From contig OZ024743.1 in the NCBI GenBank assembly GCA_964016885.1, positions 375,038,001 to 375,102,000 on the forward strand: 64,000 nt of DNA, given 5' to 3'. Below the pieces are notes generated by a model. It was not told the DNA's origin. It did not search any database and saw only the letters and a list, made by a program, of their open reading frames with translations. This stretch comes from Eledone cirrhosa. Its lineage: Eukaryota. The translations under genes were made by a program, and so were the position numbers. This document shows positions 38,940 to 53,400 of this stretch, piece after piece; the stretch's first letter is position 1, and each line of letters opens with the position of its first letter.

Positions 38940-39113
38940 TTGGCAATATCGGTAGAGGGTCGGACGCCATGCTTTCCAGTATAGTTACGTCCCTTTACGA
39001 TCTGAGTTCAAATCCCGCCGAGGTTGACTTTGCCTTTCATCCTTACGGGGTCGATAAAGTACCAGTAATGCACTGGATAATTGCTGGCCTTGTGCCTAAA
39101 GTAGAAACAATTA
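38940..39113 (+). mobile_element. tRNA-derived SINE
   Basis: A and B boxes, core, tail. Confidence 0.8.
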
Positions 39114-40174
39114 TTTCATATCCGTTATCATTTAGCAAAAGTATACAGGCCCATTAATACTTAGTACACTCTATATACATAATTTTTTTATTTTTTTTAT
39201 TTTCGCAAATATGTGTATCTGTATAATAACATAATCATATTATTAGTTATGTATATCTCAACTTTTGTTTTTTGTTTACATATCTATAGTGTATAATAAC
39301 ATAATTACCGTCTGGGTTTAACTCTATATATAGTTTGTGCAAATATAAATATATTGTATAATGACATATTTATTATTTAGGGTTTATTCCTCTCATGAAT
39401 GTAAAACTTATATAGAGAATTAATATAAATCAACAAATATTAATTTATTACCACAATCCCACACACACATATATATATATATATATGGCTGAAAACTGCG
39501 TTAATCATTACACTAACTACTTGACAATAAATTTTTAGATATTTCTAACAATAAGTACTTCATAAGCTTTACATACTGAAAATGTTGATATTCTTATAGG
39601 TAATTTTCGTTAATGATTACTTTTAGGAAAATATTCAACGGTATAAATTTTACTTTCGCTGGCCATGTAATTCCTTTAAATTTATATTTTGTCTTCATAA
39701 AATTCAGAATTTTAAAAATGTTAACACATTTATAGAATTTATAAAATTAATAAATATAAATAACCATCAACTTTTAAAAAACTTAACATTTTGATTCTTC
39801 ACCCTTAAAATAACATAAATTAAAAATTTTGAAACTTAACCGTTTAGCCTTTAAGGAAAAACCTTTTTTCTGCACATATTACTCCCCTTTATCTCTCCCG
39901 CTCCTTAAATCTTCTATCAGCCCCATTCATAAACTGTTATAATTCAAGAGACGTATTCCTAGATAATCTCAAATTGTAGTATCCCACATTTTAAAAACTC
40001 TATAACTGTTACATTAAGCAACGTTTTTCTTACTCATACATCCTCTATTGAATTTATTACGTTTTCGCATTTTCTCATTATTAGGGTATAAATGTTGAGT
40101 TTTCTCTTAGGTTAATCACTACCTTGATTAAATCTGAACCATTTAACATCTCAGAGTATGTCATGTATCATTAT

Positions 40175-40227
40175 ATTTTGTCTGATGAGGACGTACTGTT
40201 GTACCTCTGAAATATGTATAATAAAAT
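40175..40227 (+). ncRNA. Type I hammerhead
   Basis: ATTTTGT-CTGATGA-GGA(C)GTAC-TGTT-GTAC(C)TCT-GAAA-TATGT-ATA-ATAAAAT. Confidence 0.75.
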
Positions 40228-40367
40228 TTAAATGATCAAAAGAACATCTATTTTATTAATATTTGAACTGTAATATTAATAACTCTGGAAAATCATTTAC
40301 ATGTAAAGTGCTTCCAATCTACTGTAAAAATCATTCTTTGATGTACTCATTGAATCTTGTTTAACTC

Positions 40368-40469
<102 letters not shown>

Positions 40470-40488
40470 TAGACGGCTATCCGGAGTT

Positions 40489-40773
40489 GACTGGGAAATA
40501 ATTGTTCCTATTTTTGGCCCAAGGCCAGCAATTACCCAGTACATTACTGGTACTTTATTTTATCGACCCCATAAGGCTGAAAGGCAAAGTTAACTTCGAC
40601 GAGATTTGAACTCAGACCGTAAAGAGACGTAAATATGCTAGAAAGCATGGCGTCCAACCCTATACCGATACTGCCAATTCACCACCATACTGCCAATTCA
40701 CCGTCATACTGCCAATTCACCGTCATACTGCCAATTCACCACCATACTGCCAATTCACCGACTGGGAAATAAT
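40489..40773 (-). mobile_element. SINE with five-fold reiterated 19-bp 5' head and 14-bp TSD
   Basis: TSD GACTGGGAAATAAT at 40489 and 40760; ATACTGCCAATTCACC(A/G) x5. Confidence 0.82.
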
Positions 40774-41751
40774 GTAACGAATGTTCACAAATGCAGAATC
40801 CTTAACAAGGAAGGTAGATGATCACGGTTGAAAGATTTGAACCCTGTGTATCAGGGTGTGACTTAGATTATCTTAATCTAATATATGCTGATATATGCAA
40901 ATGTGCTAGCTATTGAGCCAAGTAATCAAAGCATAGCAGAAACTCTTCAATTTATACATGCAATATGACATTTTTATTATTATTCTTGGCCACGTAACTC
41001 CCGGTGGAGTCGTAGGTACGCTGTATTAATATACGGCGTTTCATTTTAAAACCTGCCGGTGTCCATCTCCTTTTCCATATATCTCCTTTCCAGATCTGAA
41101 TACAGTAGATTTCTTCCAGAGAAGGATAGATAGAATGAGAGAAAGGAAATGAGAAAGAGACATAGAGAAAAACTGTATTTTTCGACTTAACTGGTACTGT
41201 ATTTTATCGACCACGAAAGTATGAAAGGCAAAGTTGACCTCGGTAGGAATTAAATTCAGAGAGCAAATAGTCGGAACTAATACCGCAAAGCATTCTATCT
41301 GACGTTCTAAAGACTCTATTAATTCGCCGCCGCGGCCTTACATTAAGACATTACAGAAGCTCAATAGTTGTTTAATCTATTTACTATTTCCATTATATCG
41401 CAGCTGTCCTTCCATACAATACATATTAAATGAAAATTTTAAATTTAACCTAACATTAGACTAGTTCAAATAACTGTTTAAAAAATATGTTAAATATGTA
41501 ATTGATAAATAGATGGTATTTTTTATATTTTGTTTAAATGTTTCAAAAAATCATTCACAAAAACTTCATATTCCAGACATATTATTTTTAAATATTTTAT
41601 TAAACCTGTGACTATTTTGATGCAAACAACTAAATAGAATCACTGAATAAAAAAAAATCAATATTTTTTTGTCAACACCAACTCACGGTTATGTTGTATG
41701 TATGTATGTATGTATGTATGTATGTATGTATGTATGTATGTATGTATGTAT

Positions 41752-42360
41752 GTCAGGTCACCAGTTGGTGCTACTGGTAACATGTATTCCAGTACAACCT
41801 GTCCCATGGTCGGGTCGTTGGCGACTAAACTGGCAACCCCACCAAGGTTTCTTGGTGAGGAGGGTGACTTTGGACATCCTGCAGGACTAAAAACAAAACC
41901 TGTCAAAAGGCAAAGGAGCTCTTAAGAGTCAATGGCCATCCAAAATCACCGGGAGAGATGACTCCTTAGCCTTTGTCAAGGCAGAATTCTAGGAGAAGGA
42001 AAACTCTGATATAACACCTGCAACCCTGATGGTATCCAATGATGTTGACTTGTTCTTCTTTTTGGTAAATATCATCTTGGTTAAGAGAGTGGGACTGGCT
42101 TTGTGCAGTGCCTTTGCTCACTATAAAAGCTTCACGGCACAGGCATTGCTTTATATCTGGAGATCTCTCTGCATTTGTCGTCACATGGTACCATGGGCCC
42201 AGCACTATGTGTCAATAATTGTCACAAGTGTAGTGTTTGTACCAGAGCTTTCAAGTCGCTGGCTGGACTAAAAAGTCACACTCGTTCAGCGCATCAGTAG
42301 GGGTTCTCCTACATGGATATAAAGTAGTGGCCGTACTCGAAAACGAGTTGGCAGCCACCA
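41752..42360 (+). mobile_element. ~610-bp bipartite non-autonomous RTE-derived element, copy A
   Basis: RTE 5'UTR-like motif GGAGAAGGAAAACTCTGA; C-terminal finger HKCSVCTRAFKSLAGLKSHTRSAHQ* at 42223-42300; CTCGAAAACGAG 3' hairpin; (TGTA)n flanks. Confidence 0.65.
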
Positions 42361-43097
42361 TGTATGTATGTATGTAGGTAGGTAGGTAGGTAGGTAGGTG
42401 TATAGGTAGGTAGGTAAGTTTGTATGTATGTATGTTTTATATATATATGTTTACACTGCCGTGGTGGCCTCTCTGTCCGCAATCTTTGCGGCACGTTTTT
42501 ACCACCGTCGTAAAAAAAACCTTCTGGATTATCTCCCTTTCCCTTCTCCTCCTCACTTTTGGTTGCCCGTGTCTCTCACTTCCTCCTGTCTATGTGAGAG
42601 GCAGCACGATCATACCAGCTCTGAGTCATAACTGACCACCAGGCTAAAGTCTCCCAGGTTGGCTACAACTTACTTTCCCTATTTTTCCACGGTTACCTTT
42701 TTGCATGTTTCTTTCACTTGTGTCTTCCCACGATGGGACCTGTACACTTTTTTTCTTCTATTCCTTTCCTATTTTTCCCCTTCTTCCTCTCTCCTCATCT
42801 TTTAACCCCCTGTTATTCCTCCTTTCCCTCTCTTTCCTTTTCTCACTCCTTTTTTCTCTCTTTCTCTCCCCTTTTCCACCTGGCCTTTTGATTAATAAAA
42901 GGCCTCGGGCACACCCGAACTACGCCGATGTCCTGTAATTCAGCGCCGAAACATTGGTTCGGGAAATATTTACAGCTGACGATGGAAACTCCTTTCTTCC
43001 TTTCTCCTCCTATTCCGTCCTAACCACCATCCTAAACCTTGCTTTTAGTAACCACACAGCTCCTTTCCTTTCATAACTTTTTGTATATATATATATA

Positions 43098-43194
43098 CAG
43101 GTTGTCCCCAAAAATGTATACACACTTCAACAGCGTTCTAATGAATGTTGCCTGTACAGGTAATCAAAATGTGTATACATTTTTCGGAGACACC

Positions 43195-43197
<3 letters not shown>
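43098..43197. mobile_element. 100-bp Tc1/mariner-type MITE
   Basis: TA|CAGGTTGTCCCCAAAAATGTATACACA ... TGTGTATACATTTTTCGGAGACACCCTG|TA. Confidence 0.78.
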
Positions 43198-43225
<28 letters not shown>

Positions 43226-43228
<3 letters not shown>

Positions 43229-43834
43229 TGGCTGCCAACTCGTTTTCGAGTACGGCCACTACTTTATATCCATGTAGGAGAACCCCTACCGATGCGCTGA
43301 ACGAATGTGACTTTTTAGTCCAGCCAGCAACTTGAAAACTCTGGTACAAAGACTACACTTGTGACCATTATTGACACATAGTGCAGGGCCCATGGTACCA
43401 TGTGATGACAAGTGCAGAGAGATCTCCAGATATAAAGCAATGCCTGTGCTGTAAAGCTTTTATAGTGAGCAAAGGCACTGCACAAAGCCAGTCCCACTCT
43501 CTTAACCAAGATGATATTTACCAAAAAGAAGAACAAGTCAACATCATTGGATACCATCAGGGTTGCAGGTGTTATATCAGAGTTTTCCTTCTCCAAGAAT
43601 TCTGCCTTGACAAAGGCTAAGGGGTCATCTCTCCCGGTGATTTTGGATGGCTATTGACTCTTAAGAGCTCCCTTGCCCTTTGACAGGTTTTGTTTTTAGT
43701 CCTGCAGGATGTCCAAAGTCACCCTCCTCACCAAGAAACCTTGGTGGAGTAGCCAGTTTAGTCGCCAACGACCCGACCATGAAACAGGTTGTACTGGGAT
43801 ACATGTTACCAGTAGCACCAACTGGTGACCTGAC
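43226..43834 (-). mobile_element. Bipartite RTE-derived element, copy B
   Basis: Reverse complement of 41752-42360 with scattered substitutions; (TA)n flanks. Confidence 0.7.
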
Positions 43835-43851
43835 ATATATATATATATACA

Positions 43852-43947
43852 CACAGTCTTCACCTCCTGCATCAACTCCTCTGCCTCCTTCACTGTGTTT
43901 GTCACCAGAACTATGTCGTCGGCAAATTCAGCATCCGATATCTTTTT
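43852..43947 (-). pseudogene. LINE RT fragment (RTE-like)
   Basis: KKISDAEFADDIVLVTNTVKEAEELMQEV contains the FADD motif. Confidence 0.65.
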
Positions 43948-45514
43948 CCCGTTTTTTCGTCCTTTTAGTTCCCCCCAGTGTTGGTCTATCCTTTCACCTA
44001 TGCTACGAGCTGTCTCACCTATGTATGTTGTTGTCATGTTTCTGCAAGTACCCTCTGTACATCTTATGCTATAGACTACGTTTCTAGTTTTACAGTTTAT
44101 CCGGGGGTTCATCTTACATATGATACATTTCCTATTGGTACAGTGGGTTTTCTTAAAAGGGTAGGTTTTGCTGATCAGGGATTTTATGGTGGTTCCTGGC
44201 TTTTCTACCACCTTTATTTTTAAGTGGGTCTTTCTCAGGACCTTTCTACACTGGTTAGCTAATTTCCCTCCAGGGGTGGCGTCCACAAACATGACACTCT
44301 GATATCTCTGGTTGTCGTACCATGATGTGGCTTTCCCTATCTTATGTCTAGCCCTATCTAAGCTATTCCATGATTTGCTCCTGTATAATGGTACATCATG
44401 GTACGACAACCAGAGATACCAGAGTGTCATGTTTGTGGACGCCAACCCTGGAGGGAAATTAGCTAACCAGTGTAGAAAGGTCCTGAGAAAGACCCACTTA
44501 AAAATAAAGGTGGTAGAAAAGCCAGGAACCACCATAAAATCCCTGATCAGCAAAACCTACCCTTTTAAGAAAACCCACTGTACCAATAGGAAATGTATCA
44601 TATGTAAGGTGAACCCCCGGATAAACTGTAAAACTAGAAACGTAGTCTATAGCATAAGATGTACAGAGGGTACTTGCAGAAACATGACAACAACATACAT
44701 AGGTGAGACAGCTCGTAGCATAGGTGAAAGGATAGACCAACACTGGGGGGAACTAAAAGGACGAAAAAACGGGTCAGTACTATACGAACATGCTAGACAA
44801 CAACATGACGGTAACATAGACAACATAGAAATTAGAATAATATCTAAACATAGAAACGACCCAGCAGATAGGCAAATCAGAGAGGCCAGTGAAATAGAAA
44901 TTAGAAGACCAAAGCAAAACAGAAAGAATGAATGGAATAACAACAACACCCAAACAAACAACACTGACCTAACAGAAGCATAAATAAGTAAATAAAATAA
45001 GATAAATAAATACATACACAAGCACAATAACAACAAGCACATAAACACACACTAGTCACCCATCACACAGCAAACAAAACACTATACACACACGCAAACG
45101 CATGCGCAAAGAAGACAAAATAAAATAAACAAACAAGCAAATAAATAAATAAATATATAGACAGACTGAATAAAAATGGCGTAGACATACAACACAACAG
45201 GAGGAAAATATAACACCACTGACGATGATGCAGATGTGCAACGAAAGATTTATGATAAACTATATATATGTGTTTGTGTCTATATTGTATTTGTATTATT
45301 TTTGACCGTCGGTCAGTCAATGGCAACATTGAGGACCGAGTAAGTTAGATTACCGATATAAAAGACAGCGAGAAGCGAAAACCAACCAAACAGTGAGTGT
45401 GTTCTGTTATTAATTCTGGCAATATTACACAAATATGACCCTCCCCAAGTATAACAATATTTGTTTCGACACACGATTTCATATAAAAAACCTCGCAAAA
45501 CTAATTCATCGCCG

Positions 45515-45520
<6 letters not shown>
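43948..45520 (+). mobile_element. 5'-truncated PLE with inverted 5' duplication (43948-44328 / 44393-44773)
   Basis: GIY-YIG ORF remnant followed by a pLTR-like 3' region. Confidence 0.8.
44393..44983 (+). pseudogene. PLE C-terminal linker and GIY-YIG endonuclease, open but N-truncated
   Basis: C..CIIC...NCKTRNVVY...C...C...YIGETARSIGER...H...EH...H...RQIREA...NRKNEW. Confidence 0.85.
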
Positions 45521-45549
<29 letters not shown>

Positions 45550-45559
45550 TAGAAGGGAT

Positions 45560-47130
<1,571 letters not shown>

Positions 47131-47152
47131 TATATATATATATATATATAAA

Positions 47153-48122
47153 TGAACAAAAAAGAAAAACGAACACAGACATATACATATATGTATTCAA
47201 ATCGTAATGGACCAGAATCGCTAAGGTGAAAAAAATTCTAACTACAGACAATAGGGTTTTCTAGACTCAATTTAAGAATAAATCAAGAAAAATAAATACA
47301 AACCAGAATTGTGGTAACTACCGATCACCCGGACAGTTTTGATAGTACTGTTTCGCAATATTATTTGTGAAGAGGAATACCAAAGTCATAGCTCATCAGC
47401 GGGTGAAGAAATTAGTATCGTGATCACTTCTAAATATAATTTAAAAAACTGGATAGTGTGTGTATATGTAACGCACATGGTTCCCGAACTTAGCGTGTCT
47501 CGCATACTCACGCCATTAAAAATACCAGCCGGGTTTACTCGACATTTGAATTAGCTCGAGGAATTAACGGAGCCGAATATATCAAAGGCATGTATTGAGT
47601 TAGAAACTCAAAATAGTTTCATTATAGTAAATTAGCTCTAGGAAAGAGGTTTTTCCGAGCCGTATAATATAACTGAACAAAAAAGAAAAACGAACACAGA
47701 CATATACATATATGTGTTCAAATCGTAATGGACGAGAATCGCTACGGTGAAAAAAATACTAACTACAGACAATAGGGTTTGCTAGACTCAATTTAAGAAT
47801 AAATCAAGAAAAATAAATACAAACCAGAATTGTGGTAACTACCGATCACCCGGACAGTTTTGATAGTACTGTTTCGCAATATTATTTGTGGTTTGTATTT
47901 ATTTTTCTTGATTTATTCTTAAATTGAGTCTAGCAAACCCTATTGTCTGTAGTTAGTATTTTTTTCACCTTAGCGATTCTCGTCCATTACGATTTGAAAA
48001 CATATGTCTGTGTTCGTGTTTCTTTTTTGTTCAGTTATACTATACGGCTCGGAAAAACCTCTTTCCTAGAGCTAATTTACTGTAATGAGATTATTTTGAG
48101 TTTCTAATTCAATACATGCCTT

Positions 48123-48128
<6 letters not shown>
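47153..48128. mobile_element. ORF-less ~521-bp HHR unit: about 1.4 tandem copies plus an inverted segment
   Basis: Unit starts at 47154 and 47675; 47890-48128 is the inverse of 47578-47825; (TA)n flanks. Confidence 0.8.
47325..47406 (-). ncRNA. Type I hammerhead with a complete stem III
   Basis: TCACCCG-CTGATGA-GC...GC-GAAA-CAGT-actatcaaa-ACT-GTC-CGGGTGA. Confidence 0.85.
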
Positions 48129-48169
<41 letters not shown>

Positions 48170-48444
48170 TTGTGTGTGTGTTTGTGTGTGTGTATGGGAA
48201 AGACATACGTTATCAAGCTGCAACCATCATATTATGTAGTTTCTGTATAATAAAACTATTATTATCTGTATATATATTCTTTTGGGTTTTATTATTTCAT
48301 AAAATTTCATTAATAGAGAAAGTTGGTTTGTAACATAGACACAAGACTCTTTCATTAGAATTTAGACAACACCAGCTAGGTGTATGTATATCAGTGTGTG
48401 TGTACATGTGCATATGTTTCTATATATATACATGTGTATATGCC

Positions 48445-49190
48445 GTTATTACATGCTTAATTTCTGAAATCTGTTATATATTTTTACAGTTCCATTAATT
48501 GATTGTACTTGTAATTTCCTAACTAGCCTTGCCCTTTCTGGTTCTGTGAAGCCCACCTTCTCAAGGTTTCTACTGAGGCAACGAGTAACATATCCCAGAT
48601 CCCCAACGATCACAAGTACAAATTTAAAAGCATAGTGAATGTGGAGTATCTGCGGATTCCTTATTAGTTCATCATAAATGATCTTTGCACTAACCTTTAG
48701 CATTATATTGACATCTGGCCAGCTTATTCCCACTACTCTGCATGCCTTATTTTCTCTGGTCTGTTACGTTTGCATTTTGTTGGGGGTTTTCACTGGAACA
48801 TTCCACCAGTACTCTTTCATATTATGCATATGTTCTCCACATGAGGGTAACTTTTTATACGTTTATTCTCAGAGACACAATTTCTACGAATTGCATTGTA
48901 TAGTGTTTTGACCGCGACATTAGGCCTTATATGTAGATAATGTCGTGATGACATATTTGGACAGCTACTTATGATGTGAATGACATTTCGATGTTTATTC
49001 CGCCCAGTCTTCTTATGTTGTCACATCTAGGTGATTTACCTGTAATTCTATCCTGTTCTTGAATTGTTTGCAAAAGTATATCCTTCAAAGTGGGAGCCAA
49101 TATAAACAGCTTTGCTTATCTATATTATTCTTAATTTGAAGCTTTCTTACTGTGGTCATAATGAATCTTCCTGAGGTTCACGTTATGTGT
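48445..49190 (-). mobile_element. R4/Dong-like RLE non-LTR retrotransposon 3' fragment, decayed
   Basis: HIISSCP, EYWWNVPVKT, FKFVLVIVGDLG...LQVQSINGTVKI. Confidence 0.65.
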
Positions 49191-49906
49191 ACACATGCCT
49201 GTTGCATATTCAACTATTTAGACGTTAATCGAGCAACTGGAACACTCATCCTCGAAACCAAAAAAGGTTCATTCCATTCCATTCGAGTGCATCATTTTCT
49301 TTGTCCACTACCGGCTTATCATTGAGACGACGGAGACCCATTCAGTTTACGTTACAAAGATGAACATTCAGCTGTTTATCTGTTGCTATTTCTACGTTGT
49401 GCTTATTGCAATTATCTCTGCTGTGGGTGTTAATATTTTAAGACAACATTTTACTTCTAAGTAAACATTTCTTATTGACAACTGCAACCGTAACGAAAGC
49501 AATTAGTCTTGTTAGTGACGACGTTAAAATATCTGAGTAATTTTGATAATAATTCCCCTCTTTTAAACGATGTATCCATCTGTTGTGATTAACAAAGTCT
49601 ATATCAAAGGGTATGTCATGAAATGTGGTGGAGCTGAAATAAACAGGAAAGAGAGGGGGCACAGAGAGAGGGGGTGAGAGAGATGGGGAGGGGGGGGGGG
49701 GGATAACAGACTATCTTTGTATAAGCCTTCTTTCAGGTATACATTCGAGAAATTGCGTTATTATTACACTCCAAACTACTCTGATACTTTGAAATTTGCA
49801 ATGACATCAAGCACATATGTTTATGTTAATAAGAATTTACGTATGTACGTTTGTATATATGTACATATATATGTATATGTAAAGTAAATATATATATGTA
49901 TTTGTA

Positions 49907-49990
<84 letters not shown>

Positions 49991-50368
49991 TTATGTATTT
50001 GTATATTTATATATATATATGTATTTGTATATATATATATATATATATATGTGTGTATGTATGTATTTGTATATATATATATTTGGGGGTGGTATGTATG
50101 TGTGTATGTGTATATATGAATATATGTATGTACGTATGCACGTGTATGGATGCATATACGTATGTATGTAGATATGTGTACGTACGCACGTATATATGTA
50201 TATACGCGTGTATGTATGTATATGTATGTATGGATGTATGTTCATATACGTATATCACTCTTTATATATGCGATCTATAGCTAATTATATATAGAGTATA
50301 TATGAAGTTATGTGAAGGTATCTGTGCAGGCACTTTCTGTCGAAATAAAACAATTTTGCCTGCATAAA

Positions 50369-51790
50369 ATAATTGTTTCTACTTTTGGCACAAGGCCAGC
50401 AATTACCCCAGTGTATTACTGGCACTTCATTATTTTATTGACCTCGTAAAGATCAGAGACAAAGTTGACCTCGGCGGGATTTGAACTCAGACCGTATAAG
50501 GCCGTAACTCTATGCTGCAAAGCATGGCGTCCGACCCTCTACCGGTTCTGCCAATCCATCGCTTGTTCAAAATAATGATTTCTAGTATTCGCACAAGGCC
50601 AGTAATTTTAGGGGAGGGTAAAATCGATTACATCGACCCCAGTACATTACTGGTACTTTATTTTATCGACCCCGTAAGGATGAAAGGCAAAATTAACCTC
50701 GGCGGGATTTGAACTCAGACCGTAAAGGACCGACTCTCTACCGATACTGCCAATCCACCGCAATAATGATTATACCTTATACTGCAATAACAACATTACT
50801 TTTAACATCCATGAGCTAAGCTGGTCTCTGTTAGAGATCTAGTGGGATCAATTGCACATCGGGGTCAATTTCATCGACTCCCTCCCACCACGCAAAAAAA
50901 AAAAAAAAAAAAAAAATTCTTGGCATTGTACCTAAATCAGAAACCATTATTATTATCATATAAGGGCGGTTGTTAGCAGTATCGGTAGAGCGTCGAACAG
51001 CATGCTTTGCAGCATATAGTTACGGCCCTTTACATTCTGAGTTCAAATTCTGAGTTTAGCTTTGCCTTTCATCCTTAACGGGTCGATAAATAAACTACCA
51101 GTAATTCACTGGAGTTGATTTAATCGACTTTGCCCTCTCATTTAAATTGCGGGCCTTGTGCCTATACTAGAAACAATTATTATTCTATAAGGGCGGTGGA
51201 TTGGGAGTATCGGTAGAGGGTCGGACGCCATGTTAGGGCGGTGGATTGGGAGTATCGGTAGAGGGTCGGACGCCATGTTAGGGCGGTGGATTGGGAGTAT
51301 CGGTAGAGGGTCGGACGCCATGTTAGGGCGGTGGATTGGGAGTATCGGTAGAGGGTCGGACGCCATGTTAGGGCGGTGGATTGGCAGTATCGGTAGAGGG
51401 TCGAACGCCATGCTTTCCAGCATAGTTACGTCCCTTTACGATTTGAGTTCAAATCCCGCCGAGGTTGACTTTGCCTTTCATCCTTACGGGGTCGATAAAA
51501 TAAAGTACCAGTAATGCACTGGGGTAATTGCTGGCCTTGTGCCAAAAGTAGAAACAATTATTATATAAGGATTGTGGTTGGCAATATACGTAGAGCGTCG
51601 AACAACATGCTTTGCAGCATATAGTTACAGCCCTTTACATTCTGAGTTCAAATCCCGCCGAGGTTAGTTTTGCCTTTCATCTTTACGGGGTCGATACAAT
51701 AAAGCACCAGTCACGTACTGTGATCGATTTAATCAACTTTCCCCTCACTCCAAAATAACTGACCTTGTGCCTAAATCAGAAACAATTATT
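50369..51790. mobile_element. SINE cluster (two minus, about four plus copies)
   Basis: Repeated A/B boxes, cores and tails. Confidence 0.85.
51189..51411 (+). repeat. 45-bp SINE head x5
   Basis: TTAGGGCGGTGGATTGGGAGTATCGGTAGAGGGTCGGACGCCATG units; the last runs into a full SINE. Confidence 0.9.
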
Positions 51791-52051
51791 TACATCTGAT
51801 GTGTTGTCACTTGTTACCTGTCTCTAGCGATCTTTTTATGAAATTATTATCAAATATTGTCAATAAAGCTGTCTACTTTAGTTTTATAAAAGGAGCGATC
51901 CTTGAACATTGACCCTAAAGGGCAATTCTGCATTTGAAAATTTGTTTTTTATCGGAAAAGTTTCCAACATGGCGTCAATTTTGGTGCCAACAAATGAACA
52001 GCACGAAGGAGAGAGTGGATAACTGTCACCATCTCTTACTTTCACTCTCTT

Positions 52052-52082
<31 letters not shown>

Positions 52083-52676
52083 TCTCATATTTACACATAT
52101 TTTTTTCCCCGCTGTTACACGTCTATTTCGTTCTTACTGCTTCCTCTTTCTCTGTATCTTTACCCTCTCTAGCAGTCACTCTCTCTGTTAGCCTCTTCCT
52201 CACCCTTAACTCACTCATTCTCTGTTACTACCTCTCCTCCTCCTCCTTCTTCCCGTTTGACCTGTGCGTAATTCTTTTCTTTCGCACGCTTGGTCTGGCA
52301 GGTCGCATTTTTCTCTCTCTCGTCTACGATTTCACAGAACTTACGTTCACCGAAATCACAGACTAGATCCCTTCTTCCTCCCGTTAGACCTGTACGGAAT
52401 TCCTTCCTTGCTTACATTCCAACCAGGTTTGATGGTCTTTATTCTCTCTCGTTCACGATTTCACCGAATTTAAATTCATAGAAATTTGGGACTTGACTCC
52501 TTCTTCCTCACTTTTCGTTGCTTCACCATTTTTGTTTGTTTACACTCGTGTTCCCTTTATTTACGTGTCCCAACGACTTTTTTTAGCCGTTGCTCGCACC
52601 AACCGGAGGTATATGGTCTTTAAAGCGATGAAATACCAATGATGGTTGGAAGATCACTGATGAAGGACTAACTTTA

Positions 52677-52719
<43 letters not shown>

Positions 52720-52765
52720 TTCTCTCTCTCTTTCTTTCGTTCTCGTTCTCTCTCTCTCTCTCTCT

Positions 52766-52839
<74 letters not shown>

Positions 52840-53074
52840 AGCAAAATCATTTCCCATCACTAACAGTTGCTGTCTCGGCTGTCATCATACCCACCTCCAC
52901 TACCACCACATCGACAACTATCACTATAAACAGCAACACCATTCTTTAGCTGGAAGTGGTCTGTGACGAGCCAACATCCGAGAGAAGCTAGACGCCACCT
53001 CGCGGCAACTTCACTTGACCACTAAGTTATTGATTATTATAACCTCTTCAGTAGATTTAGCTAATAATATATAC

Positions 53075-53106
<32 letters not shown>

Positions 53107-53318
53107 ATAAGTATATATATATATATATATATAATAGGATATGTGTTCCTACACGCACAAGGCGCTAAGGGACACATGTATTGTCCAACCATATGCCAAT
53201 GTGGTTCAATGGCAGGTTAATAAATTAACGAGCCAGAACATATATAATCAAGGTTTAGCAAATAAGATAAAGAAGTTCAAAATAAATTTTAAAAAATTAA
53301 CTTTACTTACTATGGTTA

Positions 53319-53400
53319 CCTTTACCGAGTCGGTTTCGATTCTCAAAAATAAACGGAGTCCATACGGCCTTCGTTGCAAAGAAAGAATCTCGTCAGAAGG
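53319..53400 (-). ncRNA. Type I hammerhead
   Basis: Reverse complement of 54067-54148. Confidence 0.8.

Larger units (their letters stand above)
37572..40276. mobile_element. Inverted pair of an ~800-bp AT-rich HHR-bearing element (37572-38365 / 39485-40276)
   Basis: Near-identical arms; inner extension 38626-38705 / 39387-39460; spacer holds family X and a SINE. Confidence 0.85.

Noticed and set aside
41755-41840. HDV-like ribozyme at the 5' end of the RTE-derived element
   Set aside because: P4 and J4/2-like parts are visible, but no P1/P1.1 could be assigned.
45215-45260. CTGACGA...GAAA hammerhead candidate (also 42905-42995, 52658, 57268-57297)
   Set aside because: Stems or core could not be completed by hand; probably decayed pLTR motifs.
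51189-51411. CRISPR-like direct repeats (also 59643-59853)
   Set aside because: No unique spacers, no cas genes, eukaryotic context.
51960-51990. AACATGGCG YY1/Kozak-like start of a gene
   Set aside because: The short downstream frame runs into microsatellite, with no splice donor or other support.
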